64,000 nucleotides of DNA, from IMG/VR virus record IMGVR_UViG_3300032280_000753, positions 1 through 64,000 of that record; one strand, 5' to 3'. This document shows, in pieces, positions 56,090 through 64,000 of the stretch. The DNA is from a virus (Duplodnaviria > Caudoviricetes). Made by a program: the position numbers and the translations under genes. Position 1 is the first letter of the stretch. The number at the start of each line of letters is the position of its first letter. Below the pieces are notes generated by a model. It saw only the letters and a program-made list of their open reading frames with translations. It ran no database searches and was not told the DNA's origin.

Positions 56090-58183
56090 TCAATCATTAT
56101 TTCTCTTGATGTTAGCTAGGATCTGCCATTTCTCAAACGTTCCGATTACTGGTTCAGAACCATTCGAAGATGCAGCTCTGGTTACGCCTTCATTAAGACG
56201 TGCGCTGCCAGCAGTCGTTGGCTTTGATGCCGAACCAACTACAGGAGCAGTGTGCGCTGCTGCTGCTTCATCAAGCTTTCTTACAATCTTTCCGTAGATA
56301 TCTTTAGCTTCTGCGATTGTTGAAGCACGATCAAGATGTTCTACGATTTGTTGCTTAACCTTACGGCTAAGGTCTTCTCTCACGAGGAACTTGTTTAGAT
56401 AAACAAGCTTGGAGAGGAAAAGGTTTGTTTCTGCCATTTCCTTTTTAAGTGTGGCAGTTTCTGCACGCTTTGCTTCTGCAAGGCGGCGTGACTTAACTTC
56501 ACGTGTGCGGGACTCGAGAAGAGCTTTGCGAACACGACGAGATTCCATCATTGGTGAATGTGGTTTCATTGCCATTTCATCCATCTCTTCTTCGCCACCC
56601 TCTTCATCGGTAAGAAGCATTTCTTCTTCTTCAGAGCCCATGCCTTCATCACCGGCTGCTGACATATCAAGGTCAACTACTTCTTCGTCGTCGCCCATGT
56701 CTTCGTCGCCCATGTCTTCTTCTTCTTCGCCGGAGAACATAAGATCAACTTCAAGATCTTCATCTGCGAGTTGTTCTTCAACTTCATCTGGAAGTTCAAC
56801 AGAAAGAACAAGATCCTCATCCATGCCACCTGGAGCTGCTGCTCCCATCATTTCAAGAAGCTTTTTACGTGCAGCTTCTTTGATTGCGGACTTGGAGGTT
56901 GTCTTCTTAGCAGCGGCTTCCTTACGGATCTTAGCAACTGCTTCTTTAAGAGCTGCTTCGCTGATTTCGAAGTAACCGGAATCGGAAACAGCGGCTGGAA
57001 CTTCGCCAGCTTCTGGTTCTTCGTGGGCATCAAGTTCATCACGGAGAGCTGCTTCTACTTCTTCAAGTAGAGCTTGTTCCCATGGACCTTCTTCTCCATC
57101 AAGACCTTCAAGTTCGTCAGCATCTACTGAGCCTGCTGCTGCGAGCTTTTCTGTGGTCTTTGAACCGCCGCCAAAAAGATCAGCGTGAACGCCAGACGCT
57201 TTCATGGCATGAGCAGTTGCTGCTTTATGTACTGCTACACCGGTTTCACCGGAGCTTTTGCTGTCTTGTGCAAGACGTTCGTTGTCTGCACCTTCGAAAA
57301 GTTTTGCTGCGAATTCTTTAAGAGTTGTCATAGTTGTATCCTTGTCCTTTTGCTTGTTATAACTATTGTTCAAATTTGCTTCTTTCAAGTGTAAGAACAA
57401 AAATTCTAATCTATTTTCGTTCAATTGTGCTTGTTTAGGTGAAATAACCTTGTTCGCAGCAAGACTATCAAGCTGCTCTAATAATGAAAAAAGCTTAGTT
57501 TTGTAGGCATCTTCTGTAAGAGCCGTAACTTTTGTTGTATACATACGGTCAATCTTAACTGCCATTTCAGCAAGTTGACGTTCAAATTGTTTTATTGTTT
57601 TTGCTTCTGCAATTGGTGCTGCTGGTGCAACTTCTTCTTCAGCGGCTGCTCCTGCGGTTTCTGGGGCTGGCGTTGGACCAGCAGTAGCTGGAGCAGCAGC
57701 GGCAGCTTCTGGAGCTGGCATTTCTGCTGGTGGTGTTTCTACTGGGGCGCTCGAGGCTGGCATTTCTGGTGCAGCCTCAATTGCTGGTGTAGTAGTTGCA
57801 ACTTCCATGGATGAAGCCTGCGACATATCAGTTGGATTAACAATGTCGCTACCTTCAGAAGCAAACAAATCATCGAAGCTTAAAGTAATTTTTCCATCTG
57901 TGCCACTTGGCATTGGAACATTAACAACATCAGAACCACCGGCAGGAGTTATAGGCATTTCAGATGGTGCCATAGCATCAGGCATTGCCATTGCTGCATC
58001 AGGTGCAGGAGCTTCTGGTGTCATATCTTCTTGTTCTAATAAGAAAGAGTTTGAAGCTTCCTTAGCAATCATTTGTTTGATATATGGATTAATTCTTTCA
58101 AGAATAGCACTACGAGCATCTTGCTCTGCTATCTCACGAATTTTTGCTGCATCAGCTAATGCTTCTTTATATAAATCACTCAT
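56090..58183 (-). CDS. prohead core scaffold protein (gp22-like)
   Basis: LYKEALADAAKIREIA...; very acidic; ETNLFLSKLVYLNK; ends WQILANI; directly upstream of the capsid gene. Confidence 0.78.
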   Translation of the reverse strand: MSDLYKEALADAAKIREIAEQDARSAILERINPYIKQMIAKEASNSFLLEQEDMTPEAPAPDAAMAMPDAMAPSEMPITPAGGSDVVNVPMPSGTDGKITLSFDDLFASEGSDIVNPTDMSQASSMEVATTTPAIEAAPEMPASSAPVETPPAEMPAPEAAAAAPATAGPTPAPETAGAAAEEEVAPAAPIAEAKTIKQFERQLAEMAVKIDRMYTTKVTALTEDAYKTKLFSLLEQLDSLAANKVISPKQAQLNENRLEFLFLHLKEANLNNSYNKQKDKDTTMTTLKEFAAKLFEGADNERLAQDSKSSGETGVAVHKAATAHAMKASGVHADLFGGGSKTTEKLAAAGSVDADELEGLDGEEGPWEQALLEEVEAALRDELDAHEEPEAGEVPAAVSDSGYFEISEAALKEAVAKIRKEAAAKKTTSKSAIKEAARKKLLEMMGAAAPGGMDEDLVLSVELPDEVEEQLADEDLEVDLMFSGEEEEDMGDEDMGDDEEVVDLDMSAAGDEGMGSEEEEMLLTDEEGGEEEMDEMAMKPHSPMMESRRVRKALLESRTREVKSRRLAEAKRAETATLKKEMAETNLFLSKLVYLNKFLVREDLSRKVKQQIVEHLDRASTIAEAKDIYGKIVRKLDEAAAAHTAPVVGSASKPTTAGSARLNEGVTRAASSNGSEPVIGTFEKWQILANIKRNND

Positions 58184-58201
58184 TGTTACAATCCTTTATA
58201 A

Positions 58202-58696
58202 TCAGCCTGATGTTCTTGAGCTTTTTCCTACTGGTGGTAAGCTGCCAATTGTTAATTTAGAAACGTTTTTAGATGTGTCACTTGGATTTGCGAGTCCATC
58301 GCCGGAGAATGGCGCACCTGAGCCTTGGGCTTTTGCGGTGGCGGATACGCCAGATGAAGGAATATCTGCTGGGTTTTGACCGCTTGGAGGAGATGCGATA
58401 TTTGGAGCATATGGTGAACCAGGAAGTCCACCACCACCAGTTACTACATCAGCGAGATTTGGAGCGCCAGTATAATTTAAATCAACGGCTCCAAACATAT
58501 GACCTTTATCATCAACTGTGGCATCTGTAACTATATCGATATATTGTTTAGCTACGGTTTCATCATTTATTTCACCAGAATATACTGGAGATCCTGGGAA
58601 GGCATCTTGAAGTGATGAATAATTTGCAGAGCCTAATCCACCATTTCCTCTATTTTTTGGTAGTTCAACTAATATTTGTTTTGGTGCATATGCCAT
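58202..58696 (-). CDS. hypothetical G/S/P-rich head-module protein
   Basis: SD AAGGA before ATG 58696; TATTTA upstream. Confidence 0.6.
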   Translation of the reverse strand: MAYAPKQILVELPKNRGNGGLGSANYSSLQDAFPGSPVYSGEINDETVAKQYIDIVTDATVDDKGHMFGAVDLNYTGAPNLADVVTGGGGLPGSPYAPNIASPPSGQNPADIPSSGVSATAKAQGSGAPFSGDGLANPSDTSKNVSKLTIGSLPPVGKSSRTSG

Positions 58697-58765
58697 AGTT
58701 TGATCCTTTACTAACAACTAAATATGTTGCAAATATAACTTAGTTGCTGGGAAAGAATTAAATAA

Positions 58766-59317
58766 TCATTTTCCGAACGCTAATTTAGCCCAATGACCAA
58801 TATCTCCGGATGGTGCAATAGCTTGTAATTGCTCCGGAGCGATCTTTTCTTGAGCACCTTGCATACCAGCAGCAGCCATGGCACCATAACCACCATTTCT
58901 GGAAGGATCTTGTGCCATTTGTTGTGGAAGAGTATGCATAGCGGTATCAGCTAATATTGCAGCATATGCATTAGCCATTTTATTATCGCCTTTACTCATT
59001 TGATTTGATGCTGCTTCAACCAATTTTTGCATATTTTGGTTCATTGGAGCAGAAGAGATTTGCATATCTGAATTTTCAGAAGAACCAAAACCCATATCAT
59101 CATAGCCTGCAATACGTGCGGCGGCGGCTCTGGTTCTGGCAGCATCAACAGGAGATTTTTGATTAATCATATCACGTGAAGCAACTCTATTTGTAGAAGG
59201 AGCTGTTCTTGTTCCTTCAGACATTACAGCGCCTACTTCGTTGAATGCGCCTTCTTTAATAAGTTCACGAATACAATCTTTAATCATTCCTTTGAAGTCT
59301 GATTTTGTCATCTTCAT
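58766..59317 (-). CDS. hypothetical prohead-core-like protein
   Basis: Leader MKMTKSDFKGMIKDCIRELIKE; follows the protease gene; ends WAKLAF. Confidence 0.65.
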   Translation of the reverse strand: MKMTKSDFKGMIKDCIRELIKEGAFNEVGAVMSEGTRTAPSTNRVASRDMINQKSPVDAARTRAAAARIAGYDDMGFGSSENSDMQISSAPMNQNMQKLVEAASNQMSKGDNKMANAYAAILADTAMHTLPQQMAQDPSRNGGYGAMAAAGMQGAQEKIAPEQLQAIAPSGDIGHWAKLAFGK

Positions 59318-59919
59318 ACACGACCCTTTTTAATTCCAAGAATATCATTTGCAATGCGATCAAGACGATCACTCTTTGAGAATATCTTATTAAGAATGCG
59401 TGGATCTACTTCTTTTGCCTCACGCATCATGTAAGCACCTGGAGTAGAAGGTTCAGAAACTAAGTCCCAGCAGATAAGATGAAGGTCATCTTGAACGATA
59501 TCTGCATCGCCACGGCTTCTTACAGAACCAAGGGCACGAGATGAAATACCAACTTTAACATTACTTTCAATAAGATTACGAGCGATGTTACCCATTGGAG
59601 TTGGAAGGATTTCAATCTTTCCAAAGATAACTTCATCGTCTGCCCAAATATCTGTAATAAGATGGGAAACGTTTTTAAGATTAACAACTGGATCATCGGC
59701 ATGGTCTAACTCACCCATTGCACGACGTTCCATAACAACCTTCTTATAATTTTCCATTTCTTTAAAAAGGATATCTTTTGGATAGATACGCCCATTTTGA
59801 TTAAGGGTGTCTGCACGTTGAATAACGCCTTTTACGAAGAGCTTACCTGGCTTGCCATCAGATGCATCTTCTTTAATAATTTCGTAGTTGAATTCTTTAA
59901 ATTCTTTTAGGAGTTTCAT
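59314..59919 (-). CDS. prohead protease (T4 gp21-like)
   Basis: NQNGRIYP, GELDH, VSH, GISSRALGS, WDLVSEPSTPGAY. Confidence 0.93.
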   Translation of the reverse strand: MKLLKEFKEFNYEIIKEDASDGKPGKLFVKGVIQRADTLNQNGRIYPKDILFKEMENYKKVVMERRAMGELDHADDPVVNLKNVSHLITDIWADDEVIFGKIEILPTPMGNIARNLIESNVKVGISSRALGSVRSRGDADIVQDDLHLICWDLVSEPSTPGAYMMREAKEVDPRILNKIFSKSDRLDRIANDILGIKKGRV

Positions 59920-60779
59920 GATTTATTCTCCATCTCTTCCTTTAGCTTTGCAATTGACATATAGAATGTAATTGTTTCATCGGTTATGTTGGTTAAATCG
60001 CTACCCTCGAGTAAAGAAACAACTTCTCCTAATTTGCTCTTGATACCTTTATCTAAACCTTCAGTCATAACTGGGGACTTAAGAGCCTTTAAAGTGCGAA
60101 CTTTTATATTCTCAAGTAATGAAACCAACACTTCTTTATTTTCTTTGCTGTTGTGACTTAGCATATAAAGATTAACGATTTCTTTTTGAGCTTCATTTAA
60201 TAGCCCGTTATATTTGGCATTAAATTTCTCTGTCATAAGTTTAACAACAAGACTATTGACTTCTGAAGTGGTTACGTCTGATGCATCAAGTTCTGGTTTA
60301 GCCTTTGGAGACAATATATGTTCAAGTATCATTTCTTCAAGTTGAGCCATTTCAGAGATGGAACCTTTAAATCCAGTTCCTCTCCATGCATTCATTAATA
60401 CTTGAACAGAAGCAAATGATTTATATTCTGGAACTGCACGATCAAAGAAACTTTTATCTCCAAGAACAGAACTTACTTCATTAATAAGAGAAGCTTTTTC
60501 TTCATCAAGTTTAAGTTGAGATTGTTTTCTGCAAACGACTTTTGCTTTTTCTAACATTGAAAAAGCAATGTCTTTAGATTTAAGACTGCTCTCATGCAAT
60601 GCATTGAATATTTGCAATTCCGTGTATGTTGCGGATTTTGGATGAACATGTTTTTCCCAAAGCTGACGAGCCTTAGTAATGTCATCGTGTCGTTCATCAA
60701 TAAATGCTTCTGCAATATAACGTGAAAAGAATTCACTAATCAAACCAATGTTACGTTTTTTGTTATGTTTAAATTCCAT
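59916..60779 (-). CDS. conserved head-module hypothetical protein
   Basis: KHNKKRNIGLISE...KFNAKY..L; lies between portal and protease. Confidence 0.7.
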   Translation of the reverse strand: MEFKHNKKRNIGLISEFFSRYIAEAFIDERHDDITKARQLWEKHVHPKSATYTELQIFNALHESSLKSKDIAFSMLEKAKVVCRKQSQLKLDEEKASLINEVSSVLGDKSFFDRAVPEYKSFASVQVLMNAWRGTGFKGSISEMAQLEEMILEHILSPKAKPELDASDVTTSEVNSLVVKLMTEKFNAKYNGLLNEAQKEIVNLYMLSHNSKENKEVLVSLLENIKVRTLKALKSPVMTEGLDKGIKSKLGEVVSLLEGSDLTNITDETITFYMSIAKLKEEMENKS

Positions 60780-60851
60780 CTCAAATTACCCATTCTCTTA
60801 TAGGTCAATTCCTGATATAAATAGGGAAGAACTATAGTAAAAATTAAATGA

Positions 60852-62969
60852 TTATAGATTGCTTAAATCTAAATCGTCGTTTTCTTCCTCTTTTTTATCT
60901 TTGTTTGCATTTTCAATCAAGATATCGTCGCCTACCATATCCATCTCAAATAAACGATCATCATTCAAATCATCAAGTCTAACTTCATTTTCTGTGAGAA
61001 TTTTCTTATTTCTTCTTGCACCGGTATTTGCAAAATGATCATCGAGCTTATTCATTAGATTTTTCATATCACGTGATACAACCGGTGGTGGCTTGTAATC
61101 AAGTTCAAAATCTTCGGTTTTTGTTTCTTCAGAAAGAGAGAATTGGCTTTTAAGATTGAGAGCTCCTTTGTCATTAATATCTGTAAGATACTTGTTATTA
61201 CCAGACAACATATCTTTAAAGTCTGGCATTGATAGATTTCCTTTTCCAGCCATTCCTACACGTCTACGGTCATTGTGTTTAGCTGCCGAAAGAAATGGGG
61301 TTGCTTTAATTGGAAGCCCTACAGACGCCTCTGGAGAAGCCGATGGTTGTCCTGCTACAGAAACACCGCTCGTAGCTACAGCCTGCATATCATTGGTTAC
61401 ATTAACCGGATGCATATTGGTATTGGCATTACCGGCTATTGGTTCTCCAAGAGGAGCATTCTTCTTAACATTTGATCCTGGCATCACATAGTTGCTTGGG
61501 TCAAATGGATCCGTAGTTGTATTTTTCTCTGGGAGATTTTCTTTAACAGCAATTGCTTCAATCTCAACTTCACGGATTTTATCTCTACGAACGCCGGCTT
61601 CAATCCTAATAATATCGTCATCAGTAAGATCAAGGATTTTCTTTTGGATCCAGTCTTGATCAACAAGCTTGGTTTCTTTTGCTTTACCAGCAATATCAAA
61701 CTTTGTAGACATTGCTTCCAGCTTTTGCTGCATTGCAACTGTAGATGGATTGCTCAATCTTAGTTCAAAGGCAATGAGATCCTCGCCATCAAATCCTTTC
61801 GTATAAAGATGAACCATTGCCATCTTATTCAATTCGCTGAGAATAACTCTCTGCAATACTGATATGGTTCTGGAGAAGCGAACGTCCTGCTGGGCAAGAG
61901 ATGCCTTGGCAGAAAGGTTTTCATCAAAGTTCAAATATGGCTTTGGAACTTGAATAGCTGCAAAGAGTTTCTGTTGAAGATATTTTACGTCATCAACTGC
62001 TGTAGCGTTTTGACCACCAGCAAGAGTTTCGATTTTTGTTCCAGTTTGACCACCACGGACAGGAATGAAATAATCTTCATCAATGCTTAATGGATTGAAA
62101 CGTTGATCCATTCTACCATCTTGACGATTAACAACATCTTTAGAACGCATGGTTTGCTTAACAGCTTCCATGAAGCTTGGAACGTCATTAGGAGCTACGT
62201 TACCAACGTCAATATAGAATACACGACGTTCTGGGGAACGAACAACACGATAGACTAACATACTGTCTTCCATCATAACAAGTTGTCGCCAAACCCTTCT
62301 GGCAGGCTCCAAGATAGAAGTTCCATAGGGTAAGAATAGATCGTTACCCAAAATTCTCATATGGGTTATTTGCCAGTTCTCTAAATAACGATTACCTCTC
62401 GTTATCCATTTATAACGAACCGCATATGGATCACGCTGATCAAATCCTTCTTCTCTTTCAAGTTCATTTACAGGGATTGGCTGGACGTTAACGATACCAA
62501 TATCTGGGATTACTTCGTTATAAAGAAAGAAATCTCCATATTTGACCAAGTTACGGATCCAGGGACGGAGATTAAAGTCTATATTAAGAATATCATAGAA
62601 TAGCTCTTCAAGTGCTTTCTTGACTTCTGGGTTCTTAGAATATAAATGGAAAGCTTTTCCCTTTTCATCACCGGCCGCAGTTTCATCGGCAAAGATATTT
62701 AATGCTGCGGCGATCTCTGGCTGATATTCCATTTCAGCAAATTCAGAGTAGCGAGCCATGCGGTCAAGTATACCGTAGGCTCCGAGAACAGAGAATGGAG
62801 AGCTTTCACGACCAAACGGAAATGGACCACGATAACCTAAGTTACCACGGACTAATTGATTGTCATAATAGCTTTTATAGTCATATCCTTTGACACGACG
62901 TTGGATTGCGGGTCCAGACCTGAATAATTTGGTTAGTCTGGTGAAAAATGGATCATTTCGATTGGCCAA
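60852..62969 (-). CDS. portal protein (T4 gp20-like)
   Basis: EIAAALNIFADE, MEDSMLVYRVVRSPERRVFYIDVGN, EDYFIPVRGG, IETLAGG, DVRFSRTI. Confidence 0.95.
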   Translation of the reverse strand: MANRNDPFFTRLTKLFRSGPAIQRRVKGYDYKSYYDNQLVRGNLGYRGPFPFGRESSPFSVLGAYGILDRMARYSEFAEMEYQPEIAAALNIFADETAAGDEKGKAFHLYSKNPEVKKALEELFYDILNIDFNLRPWIRNLVKYGDFFLYNEVIPDIGIVNVQPIPVNELEREEGFDQRDPYAVRYKWITRGNRYLENWQITHMRILGNDLFLPYGTSILEPARRVWRQLVMMEDSMLVYRVVRSPERRVFYIDVGNVAPNDVPSFMEAVKQTMRSKDVVNRQDGRMDQRFNPLSIDEDYFIPVRGGQTGTKIETLAGGQNATAVDDVKYLQQKLFAAIQVPKPYLNFDENLSAKASLAQQDVRFSRTISVLQRVILSELNKMAMVHLYTKGFDGEDLIAFELRLSNPSTVAMQQKLEAMSTKFDIAGKAKETKLVDQDWIQKKILDLTDDDIIRIEAGVRRDKIREVEIEAIAVKENLPEKNTTTDPFDPSNYVMPGSNVKKNAPLGEPIAGNANTNMHPVNVTNDMQAVATSGVSVAGQPSASPEASVGLPIKATPFLSAAKHNDRRRVGMAGKGNLSMPDFKDMLSGNNKYLTDINDKGALNLKSQFSLSEETKTEDFELDYKPPPVVSRDMKNLMNKLDDHFANTGARRNKKILTENEVRLDDLNDDRLFEMDMVGDDILIENANKDKKEEENDDLDLSNL

Positions 62970-63002
62970 TGTAATTTACCTCTTCGTGATTGTAATTATT
63001 GA

Positions 63003-63323
63003 GTGAAAACGTATGGAGTGTCCAAAGTGAATAAAAAGTCAAATTTAGAAAAGTTACTTCTTGAGCTTTTAAATACTGATGAACAGTTGAAAACCCCAGA
63101 TGCTGGAAAAGACATACAGACAACAGAAGAAGAGTCTAAAGGTCCAAGCATAGTATTACAACCTCCTAAAGAAGAAACAGAACACCAAATGTCGGATGAA
63201 GAGATGGCATCCTATTTAGAAGGAGGAAATATTGACACTTCTTCACAAGGAGTTGCAACTGGATTAGAAGAAGTGAATATAGGACTTAATGAAATCGAAA
63301 ACACATATTCGATAAAGATGTGA
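63003..63323 (+). CDS. acidic hypothetical protein
   Basis: NLEKLLLELL resembles the shared leader; exact start uncertain. Confidence 0.55.
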   Translation: MKTYGVSKVNKKSNLEKLLLELLNTDEQLKTPDAGKDIQTTEEESKGPSIVLQPPKEETEHQMSDEEMASYLEGGNIDTSSQGVATGLEEVNIGLNEIENTYSIKM

Positions 63324-63326
63324 TAT

Positions 63327-64000
63327 ATGGCAAACACAATAGATATTCCAAAAGACGCTGATTTAGGTTATGTTTGTGAAGTAGCATTGCAAGCTGCTAT
63401 AGCTAAAAATTATAACTTAGCTCCAACACGTATAAGAACAAATCAAGATAAAATACAAGCAATCAGATTCTTTGATCATGATATACGTCGCAAGACTCAA
63501 ATTATATCTAAGTTGGAATCTGAATCAAATGTCTATATTGAACACGTTTGCAACTTTTATAATGAGGCTTTACGTATAACAATTGACTCCATTAATAATG
63601 GAAGTGTCAATGTATGTCAAAACGGCAAATATGTAGCTACCAAATTGATCAATATTATCGGTGATCAAGTTACAAGCACTACTGGTGGTGGAACCGCTGT
63701 TTATGATGTTGAAACCAAAACAGCAAACCTACACGTGAAATTAAATCAATCAAAGCCAGGTCAAAGATTAGTCGGTTTTCAGATATCTGGCAAAAAAGAA
63801 ATATTAGATTTGGCAAATACAACTGTTGATAATCTAAGGCAGCTTAAGGGAAGTAAATTTGGGATATCATTTATTCAGAATATGCAAACTTCTTTTGCCG
63901 GTCTTAAGTCTAAAGGTCAATTAGAAATGATGGAAGATATCAAATCACAATTGGCTGTTCCGGAAAGTGAAAAAAATGCTATCGGTGCATTCATGCTTTC
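63327..64000 (+). CDS. partial hypothetical protein running off the right edge
   Basis: ATG 63327; the frame is open to the window end by my translation (MANTIDIPKDADLGYVCEVAL...); absent from the ORF track. Confidence 0.7.
   Translation, partial: MANTIDIPKDADLGYVCEVALQAAIAKNYNLAPTRIRTNQDKIQAIRFFDHDIRRKTQIISKLESESNVYIEHVCNFYNEALRITIDSINNGSVNVCQNGKYVATKLINIIGDQVTSTTGGGTAVYDVETKTANLHVKLNQSKPGQRLVGFQISGKKEILDLANTTVDNLRQLKGSKFGISFIQNMQTSFAGLKSKGQLEMMEDIKSQLAVPESEKNAIGAFML

Noticed and set aside
54903-58379. Plus-strand ORFs opposite capsid and scaffold genes
   Set aside because: Ser-rich mirror translations of acidic codons; not credible proteins
1-64000. tRNA or rRNA genes
   Set aside because: Intergenic gaps are short and I found no cloverleaf or T-arm signature by eye; tRNAscan-SE would settle it

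Overview
This 64 kb window is a gene-dense, AT-rich piece of a large T4-like (Caudoviricetes, contractile-tailed) phage genome, with almost all genes on the minus strand. From the right end it carries the head module (portal gp20, prohead protease gp21, scaffold, major capsid gp23), a small early/accessory block, neck gp13/gp14/gp15-like genes, two paralogous tail sheath genes and the tail tube. Next come a gp26-like tail chaperone with an apparent programmed frameshift, an inserted block (Nudix, GIY-YIG), the tape measure and baseplate genes. The left third holds replication and nucleotide genes: a short family A polymerase, HD protein, gp32-like SSB, RecA/UvsX, dUTPase, 5'-3' exonuclease, gp41-like helicase, NrdAB and ThyX. 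It also holds an amidase, proteases, a PAP2 phosphatase, an actin-fold ATPase and a thermonuclease. Main findings: (1) a phage-encoded actin resembling the MreB/MamK/volactin type, beside a membrane-anchored partner; (2) unrelated enzymes, including an R-S-ExE ADP-ribosyltransferase, that share a short N-terminal leader ending in a prohead-protease-type (L/I)xE site, suggesting head-packaged effector cargo; (3) a TANTTA-N5-7-ATG putative late promoter and hairpins that lock the start codons of toxic late genes; (4) a +1/-2 frameshift at a T7 run in the tail chaperone; (5) a myxobacterial-style Cys-rich VWA lipoprotein that hints at a Myxococcota host. I saw no tRNA, rRNA, CRISPR array or integrase. 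All family calls come from motif recognition by eye; no database search was run.
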